Positions 26,951 through 42,654 of a DNA stretch of 64,000 nucleotides are shown one piece after another; position 1 is the first letter of the stretch, and each line of letters opens with the position of its first letter. Source of the DNA: Octopus vulgaris. Taxonomy: Eukaryota. The stretch lies in the NCBI GenBank assembly GCA_951406725.2, contig OX597830.1, forward strand, positions 5,022,001-5,086,000, given 5' to 3'. Position numbers and translations under genes: made by a program. The notes beneath the pieces are model-generated. The model was not told where the DNA came from. It saw only the letters and a list, made by a program, of their open reading frames with translations, and ran no database searches.

Positions 26951-28933
26951 AATTATTATTATTATTATTTACTATTATTATTTTATGTACAGAAGATAAA
27001 TCTAGGCATGTATTGATCTTCTTAGATCGCTTTATGAAGTAATGATCAGAAAACCACAAAGTAAATGTCAATTTGTTGGTGCAGAAAAATAGAAATGTTC
27101 TCAGAATAAATTACCCTTAGCTAGCATCCACCTGAAGAATCAATAAAGTTAATGCTAAAATGCTTAATGTAAGGAGCATTAAAGAAAAGAAAAAAAAAAT
27201 AGTCATGACAAAAAAGAAATTGAACTAAGTTTTGATTGAATTGGTGGCTATTTAGAATCTAAGTTTTATGGAGATTCTTTAGGCAAAATGTACTATGTGA
27301 ACATTTACATAAACATATACACACAAGACAGGATTCCATAGTTTTCATCAATCACATGCACTCACAAGTCATATAAGAATGTGCTTGCCCAAGGTCTCAT
27401 GTAGTCGGACTGAGCCAAAATTCATAATTGAGAAGTAAGATTTCTTAACCACAGTCATTTCTTGCATGTGCACACACATCGTTCTTTGCAGATACATGAA
27501 GTCACATCCTCCCCAACCAACATGGATGGCTGCAGGCAGTAACTGAAAGGTAGAGCGGTGGGAGTGTGGAACTTGTGCATGTCTCATATATGTATATTGC
27601 AAATGGTATTATTAGTCTGAACAAAAAGTTAAAGCACACAATACAAAGTGTAAAATGTGTACAAAATATTACATTGCATATAGGCAGATTGAAAATTAGG
27701 CTGTGACTGATAGCTCCATTCCTTCATCAACACATTTGGTGCCTCCATGCTTTATTCAACTAGAATGCAGTCATTATTTAGTGTTAGTTACAAGTAAAAT
27801 GCATATCATTGCTTTGTAATGCACTGTCTCTCATTGCTTAATCTAAAGCATTCATGCGCAGTTTAAGTGAATGAATATATATAAACACATATGAAGTTTA
27901 TTAAATGTTTACCATGTCACATGTACTGTAGATGCATGCACACACACACACACACAAGCATGATAACATCTATACACATTGCAACTTCACATCTACATGT
28001 ACACTCAGCTTCACAGACTCTCTCTCACACACACACACACACACATAAATAATGACCCTATGGTCTACAACATGTATCGAGTACTCCTCCCATTCATTCA
28101 ACAGAGATCAACGTACGTATGTAGACATACAAAACCATTTATACAACATGTATACACCATCAGCACTCCAAAACAGACAATATATTAATATATCTTATAC
28201 ATACACACATACATGTGTACACATGATATGTTTTTTGTGTGTGTGTGTGTATCAGTGTGCATATGTATATTTAAATATATGTGCGTGCAGAATATTTGAA
28301 GACAAAATATTTCTACAGTTCTACAGTTATTACTAAATAATTTCTTCATTTCATAGTTTTGTATTTTCTCATAATCAGTTCTGGTGAATAAACCACAATT
28401 ATTCCAATCACTAGGTATCTGTTCTGACAATTGAGACATGTAATTGCTTTAAATTAGCTGACAATTAACAAATAATATTAACAAATTAAACCTATAGAAA
28501 TTGAATATTTCATGTAAAACAGAAAATTTTATAAAAATGCAAAAGTATTTGAAAACAAAATGAACTTTAAGATGTCTTGCTTAGTTTGGTTCTCCAGACA
28601 AACCTTTAAAACAAAATTAGTGAACAATATATAAAACTATGAATTCTCCCCCCACCCAATTCATCTGCTAAACTATTTCTGAAAGATATCTTTTAGTTCT
28701 TTATGTAATATGTTACCAAATATAAGAAGTAATGTGTGTAAATTTTACAATATACGGTATTTCACATTCAATTTGCTATATATTAAATACAAAGAATATA
28801 TATATATATATATATATAAGGAAGACTTTACAAATATATTGTCTTAGATATGTAAAAAGATTTCTGGTCCCACAGGTTGTAACTGTTTCATTTAACACTA
28901 TTTATTGCTTCAACTTAATATTTTATTTTTCAG

Positions 28934-29121
28934 ATAAATTCGAATCCTGTTCTATTTCTTGCCCAGTAGATTGTCTGATGTCACAATGGAGTTCTTGGTC
29001 TACGTGTAATGCTTCATGTGGTTATGGCTTCCGTGAGAGGTACAGAACTGTTGAGCAGAGCCCTCTATATGGTGGAAGGCCATGTCCAAAATTAGGCAGT
29101 AAGGATACAGAAAGTTTTCGG
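28934..29121 (+). CDS. THSD7A: THSD7-like exon C, phase 1-0
   Basis: Acceptor ttttatttttcag, donor cgg|gtaatt. (D)KFESCSISCPVDCLMSQWSSWSTCNASCGYGFRERYRTVEQSPLYGGRPCPKLGSKDTESFR: TSR with WxxWxxC and GGRPCPKL. Confidence 0.92.
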
Positions 29122-30740
29122 GTAATTCATCTTTAATTCTTTTTTTTTTTAAATAATATCCTCAAATTGTAATTGTAAACAGAATTCATTGTAAATTCTT
29201 ATAGCCTTTATTTACTTCCAGTGTTTTAATATTATGAAGAAAAAAACTGAAAATTATATCAAACACCTACAAATGAAATGTGAAAGTTATTCAGAGTAAA
29301 CTAACAATGCAGTTATAAGAGAATTTCAAAGCATAAAAAGAGAGAGAGGGGGGTGTCAAAGAGACAGCATGCATCTGGTTTCTCATTTTCTTTTATAACG
29401 TAGTTTATATATGTGGCCAGCTGTAACTGCAAACAGTTATCTGTGCTGACTACTCTTGTATCTCAATATAGGTTTCTTATGCTAGTTTAAGACAAAAAAT
29501 GGTTAAGTCTGTAGCCAATTTTAATAGTTAGTCATTGGTTAGGATTTACTTCATCACCTGAAAACAATGAACGATTTCAGAAGACAGCTTCAGCAATATT
29601 TTGACTGAATGTAAAGCTATATAACTAACTACATTTAATCCTGTATTCTGCCAGATTTGCCATTTCCCCAAAGACTATTGTGTTCGGATATATGCTAGGT
29701 AACCCCTATTAAGCTTAAAATCCTTTTTATTCTGTATTTAGATGTTGTTATCAAAAACATGTATATAAAACTAGCTCCATTATGAAGTTGATGGGAGGAA
29801 ATAGACAGATTAAACAATAAAAATCATGTCAGAGATTGGTTTTCTTTTGCACCATTGATATGCAAGTATGTAACCACAACTGGCTATTCCATGCATGAAA
29901 TGGTTAACCTAATAATATTACAGACATAAAGGTTAAAACACTCTTCATATAATTTCTGCTTCACATAACAAATCGACTCTAGGTTAAAGATTTGCTCAAA
30001 ATTATCACTACATCTACTTTCACTTGACTTGTGTTCAATGATTTAATCATAAAATTTTTAAGTATGAAAACAGAAAGAGAAAATAAGAAAACTCAATTTG
30101 AAATATGCACAAAGTTAGCAAATAAAATTGTATGCTGTAATAAATGACAGAGCTTCAAAATCTAACAAGTGTGGAGATTGAACTTTAAAAGACTGAAAGT
30201 TGGACAGATTCCAATTTATGGTTACTATTAAGTTTACACTCAATGAATCTGAACTAATTACTAGAATCTCTGATGTTTGACCATCTGGTGGGTCATAGTG
30301 CAGCAGAGAAATCAAACAGTCAAACCAACTTGGAAATATGAGGTCAGGTCACAATAATATTTTCTTTCATTGTTGATTAAAAACATTGATTAGTTCAAGG
30401 GTCAATAATCATGTTGTCATTTTTCCAAATGAAATTATCCTTGAAATGTTTTAAAACCTGTATTTGTAACAGAATCAACAACAAAAAAATTGACTTCATC
30501 TTTGGATTCATAATCTATCTGAAGACCAATAAAACCGTCGTAAAACTGATGCCTAGTTCTCATTATACAAACATTATGTTCTTCAGGCTTCACTTAATCC
30601 CAAAGAATTGACTGTCAAAAAAACTTTTGAAGTTGAGCAAATTATAACTTATGTATTTGCCATTCTTTCCTTTAGTTGTCAACTGCTGTATTGCATTATA
30701 TAAATGCATCACAGCTTTAGCTTTTTCACTCTAGTTCTGT

Positions 30741-30787
<47 letters not shown>

Positions 30788-32494
30788 TTATCTCTTCTGG
30801 CCAGACCTAGCACAGGAATATATTTTAGCAATTGTTTCGTACTTAAATTCTTTAGTTTATTCCTGTGTCAGCCTACACAGGATTAAAACATTGCACATTA
30901 GTAATTAGACATAAAAAATCATTAATTATTACCAAATAATTTCTATTTCTACTTATTGGATATATGTTCATGTTTACTTTATGAATTTTAAACATTGGAC
31001 AATTATTTCAATTTTGTATTTGTTTTGAAAATTTCTTGGTGTGAAGTATCTTGAAACAGATGTTATTGCATCTTGGGGGGTGGGGTTCACTTTGTTGATA
31101 TTAACACACACTTTGGATGCATTTCATTAGTCATCTAGTTAAATAATTAATTCCTTGACTAATAAATTTGATCAATGAATCAGTTGGCTTGTCAGAGTCC
31201 TTAAGTTCCTTGTAGCAGCTTGATTAATGATGTGCCTACCATGCACTATTTCTATCATGATGTGTCCATTGATTGATCAAACAATTAGTGAAGCAATCAA
31301 TTAATAAACTGGTGAGAAAGAAGTGAAACAGAACAAAGTGTGTGCATGTCCTAACTGGCAATATGACCCTCCCATGATTCAATATTTAACAGGTATTCTG
31401 AGAGATAAGAAAAATATGTTCTTTTCATTCCAAGAAAATATTTTGAAGCAATTATTTCAAAATGTTAGTCGAAAAATTTAACCTACTGTTAATTTCTGAA
31501 CAGGAATATTTGTTAGTCTATAACAAGTCAAGCTTGATTCTAAATTAGTAGTTAATTAAGAATATCTTCAAACTGCAGTTTTAATACTGAAACTATAAAA
31601 CTGTTACTAACCTTGGAGCATATTCAGAATGATAAACTTGAAAATTCAATTAAAATTACTAAGAATTCTTTTATTTGCACATTTTATAGCTAATTTGTTA
31701 AACATGCACTGACTAAAAGACATAATCACAGACAATTAAGAGCTAATCATTTCTAATATCTTCTCTTTCTATATTATCAAAAAGAACTGGAAAACTAATT
31801 CAGTTTCAGTGTTTTATTATTTTTTAAGGGTCAAGTCTTCCAGCAAGAAAGAGTAGAACATACTTTGACTGTCATTCTCCTTATTTGCTTGCCGTGATTA
31901 ACTGACATTTCTCTCTGAGACAGGGCAACAAGCTAATAATTAAATTGCTTTTTCATTAACCTGTTTGTTTTCAAATCCACATCTAACATACAGGGCTAAA
32001 TTTTGTACATACTAAATTTATACTTTAACAAATCTATTGCTATTTTTTTTCCTCCCACCTCACCATCACCACCAGCAGTTCCTCTAATGAAAACATTACT
32101 ATTTACAAAATACATCCCAAATTTGTACACTGAACACACATCTTGGTCGACACTCACTCTCATATCTGTGAAAAGATATCTGACCAAGGGCCAAGCACAC
32201 ACACAAATGTTTATGACCACTGGCTTAACACTGAACTGTGCACCTCTCCGATATTTATTTTTATCACTTCTGCACTGAGCTTTGTTCCCCTTATTGCTAC
32301 ACCATTGATGCACTTAATTTCTTAATCTTATAATCCCCATTGAATCCCATTTCAGACTCTTGTATCACTGAACACACCTGATCTTTCTTTCTCAGATCTG
32401 CATCTTTTGAGAAAGCCTTTCTCTGCTCCCAATATCAGCTACAGCTACATTCTGTCATCCCGTATGTCAGTTTAGGACAATTGAATATAAGCAT

Positions 32495-33451
32495 GACCTC
32501 TGACCATTCTCCTCATCAGGTGCAGTCTAACCTAGAACAGCTTCCAATACTGACATACCCACTGACTAGAAGAGAGTTAACCAATAAAATCTGATCACGT
32601 GTTTGAATTTAACAAATTTTTTATGTAAAATGTCAGATTTTAACTACAGTCCAGTATGTGATCCTATTATATTTAAAACGATTTTAACAATGACATCTTA
32701 TTTTGATACAAAATCACAAAATAGTGTACAGTCATCAATCAATTAATTTGCACCCCACCTTCCTTTAATTCTTAAGTGGTGTTAATTTTAACCATAAAAT
32801 GATGAGAACTAAAGCAGGATTTGATCTCAGAATGTGAATGGATACAAGGTGTTCAGCTTAGCACATTTAATCTACTCTAAAAATAATCTACTGCTCACCT
32901 TTAGTAACAACTTGTTCTTTGTTTTATGTTCATGTTATGAGAAATACTTTCTCAAAATGTCTCAGATATAAAAAATTTCTTAAAAAAGATTAAAAAAAAA
33001 ACTGTATACTATAATTTTTCCATCAGATTGTCTTTTTAATATTATACTTAGATGCAATCATCAACCTATTCCAAAACATTTATTATCCTTTCATAAAATT
33101 GCTTTCACATTATCGTGGAGTGTTTTTCTCAAAGATAAGTGTAATAAAAATAACATTTTATCTGAAAATGTTTCAGCTATTTGCTGTACAGCTAAAAACA
33201 AGATCATAATTTTTCTTAATTGTTAGACAATATGGAATGGGGCTGGACCTCTGATTTATTGCTTAAGACCTCAAGTTGAACTCTGAGTGTTCCCTACCCA
33301 TGCAGGTCTCCTTCTTCATATCATTTAGGTTGTCCATGGGAAAGGCAGGGCTGATGCATCTTAGCACTACCAACATCACAGGTGACAAATACTGCGACCT
33401 CTGACCATTCTCCTCATCAGGTGCAGTCTAACCTAGAACAGCTTCCAATAC
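32495..33451. repeat. Exact 56-bp direct repeat (32495-32550 and 33396-33451)
   Basis: gacctctgaccattctcctcatcaggtgcagtctaacctagaacagcttccaatac occurs twice, 901 bp apart. Confidence 0.95.
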
Positions 33452-35317
33452 CACAGACAAAAATACCACAGACAAAAATAATACATTAATAATCAAACCC
33501 ATTCCCTCTACCTTGGACTGTTACTTTATTGATTCTGGAAGGTTGAAAAGCGATGCCGACCATGGTTGAATTTAAACTAAGGATGCAAAGATCTAGAAAA
33601 AAATACTACCAGGAATTAGTGCCTCAGATGTTCTAACAATTGACTAATCCAGTTGTGAGATTATTATGAGTTTGATTGATGTAAAAACAATAAATATTCC
33701 AATTATGAGAATGGTTATTAAATAAAGACATAATGAAGTGACTTAATTAGACACATTATGAAAGCAATGAGTCCATAAGTGATGAACCATGGCTAAGTGA
33801 GTTGTATGATTTAGTCATGATCTGTTTAGCCTCAACACAAACAGAAGTTGGATCAAAGACATTTCAGTCATGATCAGCCCATCTTTTTCTCACCATCTAG
33901 TTATTCAATAGCTCCCTTCTCTTTTTAAGACAGCTTGGTGTGATTTATATGAAATTTGACTCCTACTTCTAGTTCAGTGAAAAACTATGTCAACCTTTAT
34001 GGAATTAATATGGCTCTGATCCTGATAGCTAGGCAAATCTGAAACATAAACCTTCTATTTTCACCACAAAATTAATGGCAATACTTTTGCATTGGAATCC
34101 ATTCATTGAAGGATTCTCAGCAAAGTGTGTTGCTTGAATGAAGCAGGAATTACTTCTTCCATTATCTATTTATGTCACAATTTTAAAGCATCCTTGATCA
34201 TCATCATCATCATCATTTAACGTCCATTTTCCATGCTAGCATGGGTTGGTTGGTTCGACCGGGGTCTGGTAAGCCATGGAGGCTGCACCAGGCTCAGGTC
34301 TGATTTGGCAGAGTTTCTACAGTTGGATGCACTTCATAATGCCAACCACTCTGTGGGTGTAGTGGGTGCTTTTTATGTGCCACCGGCACAGGGGCCAGAG
34401 CAGGCTGGCAAACGGCCACAATCGGTTGGTGCTTTTACATGTCACAGACACGGATGCCAGTCAGGTGGCGCTGGCATCTGCCATGCTCGGACGGTGCTTT
34501 TTACGTGTCACCAGCATGGGCAAGCAATGAATGTAAAATAATGGTTGACAAATTTGTAGAATCTAAAACCGAAAATAAATTCTACATTTCTATGAAGTAG
34601 GTATCAGTAACATAGAACTGGAGACCCAGATGACTTTCTACTTTCAAACAACTACATCTCCACATATTCATGACTCGAAATCATGCTGTATTGATTTACC
34701 AACTTCACTATTATCTGAGACAGCCAGAGTATCATACCATACTTGACAATTTACAGTATTATTGTTCTATATCGCAAGTAAAACATCCCTAGGTTTAAAC
34801 TTTAACCTGCAGGTGTTTTACCATTCCTTCAGGAGATTGTAACAAGAAATACCATGCATGTAATAGAGCAGAGTCATTTAATTCAAAACCCTTCTGTTAC
34901 ACACCTCTGGCTTTGTGCTGCTAATGAATCCTAGTGTTTATTATTAATTGATGACCGTATTTACTCATGGATAGGTCACACCAGTGGATAATTTGGTGTT
35001 GTCAAAGCAGGTATTTGCAATTGACTCACAGATAGGTCGCACTATAATCTGGGAAGTTACATGGCCCGTTTTTAATGTAAATATAGCAAACATCTGTTAT
35101 TTTGTTTTGGGATTTGGTTTGCAAGGTTCTTTATATGAGATTGTGTGTTGAAGCATATTCTATTGTGTCTGGGGCGAGTCATTTTCTTTTTGTGCCTTAT
35201 AATCAACTCGACAAAAAAAAAAAAAAAAGTATCAACTCGACAGGAAAAACATCTGGAATTACAAACAGAACAGAAAAAAATGTTGCATAAGAAAAGAGTT
35301 TATTCATTTAGATATAA

Positions 35318-35708
35318 CTAGCAGTATCGCCCAGCGTTGCTCAGGTTTGTTTCGACCCTTTAGAATTGAAATTTTTGAAAAGTAAAAATTTTGCATTATG
35401 TAGCATGTTATTCTCTTTAAGTGAACATTTTTCTGGTTGAAATACACTGAAAAATAGCGACACAGCAGTAAAAAAATCGTAAAAAATAGGGATTTTCATA
35501 GAAAAAAGCACCTTTTTGATGTAAATAATTTTTGGTGTTAACATGGTCCGATTTGAATTTTTTTTCTTCAGAAGGAAGAGCAAGACTTCGTCTATCATAC
35601 TCTCAATTTTGGTCAACTTGCACTGCAGGGTCTCGGAGGAGATAGTGTTAGTTGAAGGCTACCAAACCTGCCATACACTGAAGACAACTTCAGCTTTATA
35701 TAGAGAGA
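35318..35708 (-). mobile_element. Non-autonomous Helitron, copy 1
   Basis: Minus strand begins TC(tc..tatataaagc), ends in GC-rich cctgagcaacgctggg then gatactgCTAG; sits between A and T; no TSD. Highly similar to 51016-51407. Confidence 0.8.
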
Positions 35709-37734
35709 TTATTAAACTTCATCATGATTAAAACCCAAAGATTCTCCTTCATCATCGTATCACCTAATTCAGTGAAACTATCAAGGGTTTCCAGTATGTC
35801 TTCAGGGCAAACCAATAAAATATTTTCATGGCTGCCCTTTCTGTTAACAACTCTTGTACATTTGGTGTAAATAAAATAATCAGGAATGAACTTGCACAGG
35901 TTTCATACCTACTGCTTGCCCTTAATCCACAGTCTAATTTCTGACCGGTCTTTATAATGTTAAAATTTAGTCTATTTAATTTTGACAATGCTTCAAGATA
36001 AGAAATTATTTCTGAATATATCTCTGCAAGGAGACCATGACAAAGTTCCTGAGCTATTGTCTCAAGTTAACAAATAAATAAAGATAATTTGCTGCTAAAA
36101 TGTAATCCTTGGTTTATAGCACTTTCGTTTTCTGCTTGGGCCACTAACTTTCTTAGTCACTACTAAACTACTGAGAATAGAATAAATTCAAGTCTTCTTT
36201 ATATCTATCATACTGGAAACACATGATCTATGGTTCCATATCCTCTTCCAATATCAATTTCCATTCAATTTAACATATCATGTGTTGTTATAGATTTCCT
36301 ATGATTCTTTCTTGATTTTCTGATATGTTCCATTAACTCATCAAATCTATAATTCTCATCATTAGTCGATCTGCTTTGATCATATACTTGTTAATATCCA
36401 TACCAGCTTTTGAGCTTAACAAATTGTGCACCTAACTGAATGTACTAGATAATACCAATCAACTTGAAGCTTTAACACTTAAATAAGCCTCTCTTTGACT
36501 GGCCATGACCATAACAAATTACATTGCTAGCTCCCCATCATTCTCTTATCTTCTCTTATGGCTGGGTTCCAACCCCTGGCTGCAGCAACAAAGTCAACTC
36601 ACCACACCTTTTCATTCAACATCACTCCCTTCATTTTCTTCATATGATAGTTTCTTACAGTCACACTGCCATACCTCTTTTAAATCTCAGAGACAGCATT
36701 TGCCATTTAAATGCATATCTACCCAATAACATCCTGGTTCACATAAATGTCTTACAATCCAGAATTCTTCATCCTTACCATACAAAACATTCAGAAACCT
36801 CCAATCTGATGTTTTGTTTACCAGTTAGTGATCAGGTAACTCAGAGCCTCTTAATTTCTTTTGGATACCACTTGATTCTTACAGCCTTGTCTTCTAATAA
36901 AGTATTCTATTACTCTGTTGTCCATATCTGGATGGAACATCTCAACAATTACAGAAATGGTCATTAGCCTGAGGTAGTTTTCCTAATGAAGTGTCTCATT
37001 GTTTCTTATATTATTTACTGGGTCAAAAGAAAGAGGCAGTAGTGCTGATAGCCTTCAGAGACCTTTCAAGAATTATGGCATTAATTGTTGCAAGTAGACA
37101 TCCACAGAGAGGGAGGTCCAGAGAGTTGACTTTCTAGGAGGAAGGATTAGACACAGTGGTGGGAGCTGGCAAAGTTATATATATGATGGAGAGGAAGGGA
37201 GACAGATGAACTGAGAGTGCCAATGTCATGTTTGATATTTAAATAGCCATTTGAAACATGGTTATTCTTATAATATTCTGCAACTTCCATAACATCATTC
37301 TTGTAAAGATGTGTCCCAAATCTCTTCACCATAAACCTACATACCATTCTTCTATGAAGAGGAATAAATTCTCCAATAGGTGGAATGTTGATCTGATCCT
37401 TGCTCGGAACAAAGCTGATTTAGCTCTCACATAAACCTAAGTAACAACTGATCCTGTTTTCTGAAGTTCTCATTACAAATCCTATGATTACTATCATCAC
37501 AAAACCTTGCTTTGGTATCTAATTAAACTTTCTGGTTTCTCGATTATGTCATCAGTCAAAGAAAACATAAATCCTACACCCTGTGCTACATTAGTTTTAG
37601 TTAATATTGTAAATGTAATAACATTCATAGAGACATCATTGGGTTTAGAGAATATGAATACAAGCCTAATTTATCATCTTAGATTTAAATTTAGCTTAAC
37701 TCTAATTCTTCACCATTATTTCTATTGTTTGCAG

Positions 37735-37862
37735 GCAGAAATACAAACCAAACTTTGCAAAACTGATTGTAAGGAATATGTGTGGAGACATGATGGATGG
37801 GATTCTTGTGTGTATCAATCCCCAGCCACTTGTGGAAGGGGCATACAAACACGTCGTGTAAT
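37735..37862 (+). CDS. THSD7A: THSD7-like exon D, phase 0-2
   Basis: Acceptor tattgtttgcag, donor at|gtaagt. AEIQTKLCKTDCKEYVWRHDGWDSCVYQSPATCGRGIQTRRV(M), with a CGxGxQTR motif. Confidence 0.9.
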
Positions 37863-39259
37863 GTAAGTAAACAAAATATTAATTATTATGTTTATATTGC
37901 ATTCTAATAAAAATTTTGAAAACTTCGAGAACTGGACACACTTTTTTACATCTGTTATTGTATCAACATTGTTTACCTTTTTTTAGGCTTAATTCTCAAC
38001 TGAAACCAAATCAAAATTTTAGTTGGCTTCAGTCAATATTATATTACTTTTGTAGTGATGAAGTACTCCTTGTTGATATACTCTGTAATTTACAGAACAG
38101 TCTGCAATGCCCAACATAATCTGCATAATATTTTAATGATAGTAAATTTCTCTATAGAAGTGCAACAGTAGAATTTTTATATTTTTAGAAACAGCTCACT
38201 ATTGATTGCAAATTCACATTCTACAATAAAATGAAATTTTGAGCACAAAACAATAGAACTTTATAATAAATATACAAAAACAATCTTCAATGGCAATTTG
38301 CTCAGTTTTTATATTATTCTTTGAAGCTAGATTCTAAGACTGAATTGTTAATGCTTCTAGTATTCAGTTTTCAAACCAGTAAAATTGTATTTATCCTCCT
38401 CTAAATCTACATATCAATGATTAGAAAATTCAAAGACTTTCTCTGGGTAGTTTTATAGTTATAGATATTTGGTGTTTAAAATAGTGGCATTGTTATAAGA
38501 ACAATTAACACCATCCTATTTATTAAGTACTTAACGCATCATCAGTTGAGATCTGCTAGCTTTCCATCATAAGCTATTATGACAATGGACAGTAAATGAA
38601 CACACTATATCATAAAGAATTTATCATTAATGAATCTGTTCCATATAATGACAATTAGCTTTGGCTACTAATCATCAGCTGAGGTTGATTCTGCTCCAAA
38701 TTTTCTCTTTTATTACATTTTGTGAATGCTAATTTTTAGCTACCTTCAACTGAAATATGTTAGAAAAGTAAACACAGGAAAGTCCATCTAATATTATTGT
38801 CAAGTAATTTATATAGATTTTACTGCTAAAACACATGGAAGAATGCTGTGGAAGCATTTTTACTTTTGGTTAAACAAATTGGAATTGCTAATTTACGTAA
38901 TCATTTTTTATCCTCAATAGTTTGTATTTAGCTGCATACTTATGCGCATAAGGACATAATCATGAAAAAGTAAAGATTTACTCATGAATGAGAAAACCAA
39001 AAAGAAGGAGACTTTATAAATATATGACATGGGTGAAATAAGCATCATTGATGCTTTACCCTATGCATAAAATGCAGAAAATCCTCAAAAGTATAACATG
39101 CTCCTTTATATCTATTACAATGTCAGGAACCCTTCCATAGCTTCAGCAGCTATCTCAGGAGCACAAGCATTTTGCCCTACCCCTAAGATACCAGCTAGTG
39201 ACATTGAAGAGTTTCTGACATTGTGTTAAATTCAGAAGCAAAACTTGCTATATCTCTGA

Positions 39260-39314
<55 letters not shown>

Positions 39315-41573
39315 AGGATACATGTACACAAAATGCCATAAACTAATGAGGTGAGAGGGGTTCAAATATTCTGATTAATATAAAACTCTTTATTATGGAC
39401 AATCTAATTTTAAAAAGAAATTTAGTCCAAGACTGGCATTGTCCTTAGACACAGCATGTTCTACCAGACTTGAGAGAATGATAAAACTCAGGTTCAACTT
39501 GAACCTTTGAGGATTAGAGGAAATGTCCATTTGTGGTAGTTGCAAGGATAATTGAGAGAGGCATTTTACTATGACAGATGAGAGGCCGAAGGGAATACAG
39601 GACTTGCTTTTAGTTAGAAATGTGAGAAGAACAATAAGTTATAGGAGACAGAAACAGTTATCATATATTAACAAGGATTTGTTTTGACAGATTATTTTTT
39701 ACTTTTAAGGCAACAATGTTTGAGCATGAAGATATGTAAGCCTCATTAAATATCAGCAACAGTTTGAAACTGAACTTATTTCTGGCCATAAAACCAAATC
39801 CTTTGTCTTGTACCATGAAATATTATATCCATAAAACAGAAATTGTATTCTTTTTGAAGGAGGATGCAGTGTAGTGTACAATGACTTGGAGTTATTAAAG
39901 GAGACAGGAGTGATATTTCATCAATGCAAGATGTGTTTAATGTCAAAAAGATGATCGCTGTCTTTCATCATTTTTAAGGCCTACTTTCCCAAGTTTGCAT
40001 GCATCAGACAGAATTTTTTGAGGCAGATTTTCTACAGCTAAATGCCTTTCCTGGCACCCAGTCTCACCTGTTTTCATGTTAGATTAATATTTCTCACAGC
40101 CAGATCAGCTTTTATTGAAGATTGGAAATGAAGGATAACACTTTTATGATGGTGATGCTCGTTTATAACTTTGGCATGATGATCAAGACAAGGGAGATAT
40201 AAAGCATACACACACACAGTATTAGCTTATATTAGAATACAGAAAAATCATAGCAAAAGTATCATGATTGAGCAAGTAAACAATAGAGAGAGAAGAGAGA
40301 AATATGTGAGGCAGACCAAGCATGTCAACAGCTTCACATGATATACAACCTTTGTTGTTCACATAAGCAATCATCAAATGGAGACTATTGACTGCTCATA
40401 TGGCTTGTTGGAAATTATAAATATTACTAAGTCATGTAATTAATGCTCAAGAAAATATTGTTGTTAAAAACAGAAGTAAATTGAAGGAAGAGTTATTACT
40501 TCAGCCATTGGTAAAAAAAGGTTTCCTTCTGGTGGAAAAAGACGTATTCAGTATGAAAGGTGTGTGATGGTGAATAGTTGTGGAAAATGGATGATGACAA
40601 GACACACTTCAATGGTAGGATGAAAATTAGTTAAATATGGTTCAGAAAATAAACAATATTCTTTTCTACTCTAGACAAAAGGCCCAAAATTTTGGAGGGA
40701 TGGGGAAGCCAGTTGATTAGATCGACCGCAGTACACAACTGGTACTTAATTTTTCGACCCCTAAAGGCAAAGTCGACCTCAACGAAATACTGCTAAGCAT
40801 TTTGCCCAGCATGCTAACGTTTCTGCCAACTCGTTACCTTAATAAACAATATTAACAAGGAAAAGTAGAAGTCACTAGGAATTCAAACTGAGCAATGTCT
40901 GTAACATGGATAAGTATATTCCAAAATATTTAACAGTCCAAAAGTTAATATTATAATGCTTAGAAGTGAGTTATTCTGCTCTATTTTCATTTTATAGTCA
41001 AGAGTAACCCTAGTTTTCATTCTGTTTGTCTCCCTCTTTTCAGCATAATTCATTTAACTATTTGCAAATGTATCATTCACCAATTGTGTTTTATTCCATA
41101 CAGACATTCTATACATGATATTCCACATTTGTTTCCAGTTTCCTCATCCATTCATTTGTTACTTATTCTCCTCTCTCTCCATCTTAGATTTAACTTTGCC
41201 ATTTCTTTCTCTATATCTTTTTTTTTTTTGTCTTTACAAGACGTAGATGTTCGAAGCTAAATTCTATTGAAAATAAGTTTGCACCACCTTTCCAGTCTTA
41301 CTGTCATCAATTAGTGACAACAACAAAATTGATTTTGCAAGTGAAGATAATTGAATTAACACTAAAGCTTCTTTTGTTAATCCTATAATATTTTGATATT
41401 ACTACCATCATCTCCATCACTATTACAATCATCTTAACAGCTGTTGCATAATAATTATTAAATTCTTGGTATTCAGCATCTTATTACAATTATTAACACA
41501 GCAATGTATTCATCATCATCATCATCAGTTTCTTACTCTACGTAATTTATCAAACACTAGTGTCAGTCAAAAC

Positions 41574-41606
<33 letters not shown>

Positions 41607-42654
41607 TGCGTGTGTGAAAGACAATACTTAATCACATTATTATCAATTCAATAATTATTTATAACATCAACACATATTGATATGAACACACTTGGAATAC
41701 AATGATGTAACTTACAGTCAGCTTTTGTACTAAGGTACTCCTCCTTCAATGACTGATTGTAGGAGATCACATTCCAACTATTGACTGTTTCCAATCATTT
41801 TCAGAGTAATCAAAACACATAGAATGGTTTACAAATGACTGAAACTACATTGGTATGTCAGTCTATCAATCATTTGATGAGGAAAATAGATTTGCAAACA
41901 CACAATGCAAATAAACCAGTGGATGTCTAACCATGTAAAGAATATAACTCTTTAAAAACATCTCTAGCAATAATATGTAACTTTGCTCTATGATAATAAT
42001 AACAATAATCTCAATTAGGTCGTCCCATAGGACACCCCCATAGAGGTTTCAATCGCGCATACTATAGGAGTCACATGGTACTGCTCCATGTGGTCCCACA
42101 GCTTCCATCTAACTAGGAATATTAGGGTCTCATCCATTGTCTTGTATTCAAGATCCTCTGCATGACATCCTGCTAGTTCAAAGCCAGGAATCTGATCTTT
42201 TAGGTCCTGCCGATAACTAAATCCATGCTTTGCTGCCAAATCTTCAGTTCATTGTCATTAAGGTTTTGTCTGTCTCCTACCCTTCAATGTGTCTGGCCTG
42301 GTAAAACCTACCTGAAGATTTCTCTCCCTCCAGCAGAGCTTTCCAGGTCAATGAGGCACACAGGCACTTCACTGCAACACAGTACTTGTTGAATTGGTCA
42401 TTGACTACAAAGTAGTTCTTCTGTCCTTTGATGGGTCTTATTTTTTGTCCTGCAGGGTGTCCAAAAAATCACCATCCTCACCAAGCAAGCTTGATGGGGT
42501 TGCCAAGTTTAGTCACCAACGACCCGACCATATGACAGGTTGTACTGGATTACATGTTACCAGTAGCACTCAAGAGTGACCTGACATAAATAACAATAAA
42601 AGATCTGAAAATAGAGGTAACTCAAATGTGGAGCCTAAAAACAGAAACAATTCT

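Noticed and set aside
36130-37430. Possible ancient LINE remnant on the minus strand
   Set aside because: Too degraded to identify motifs by eye.
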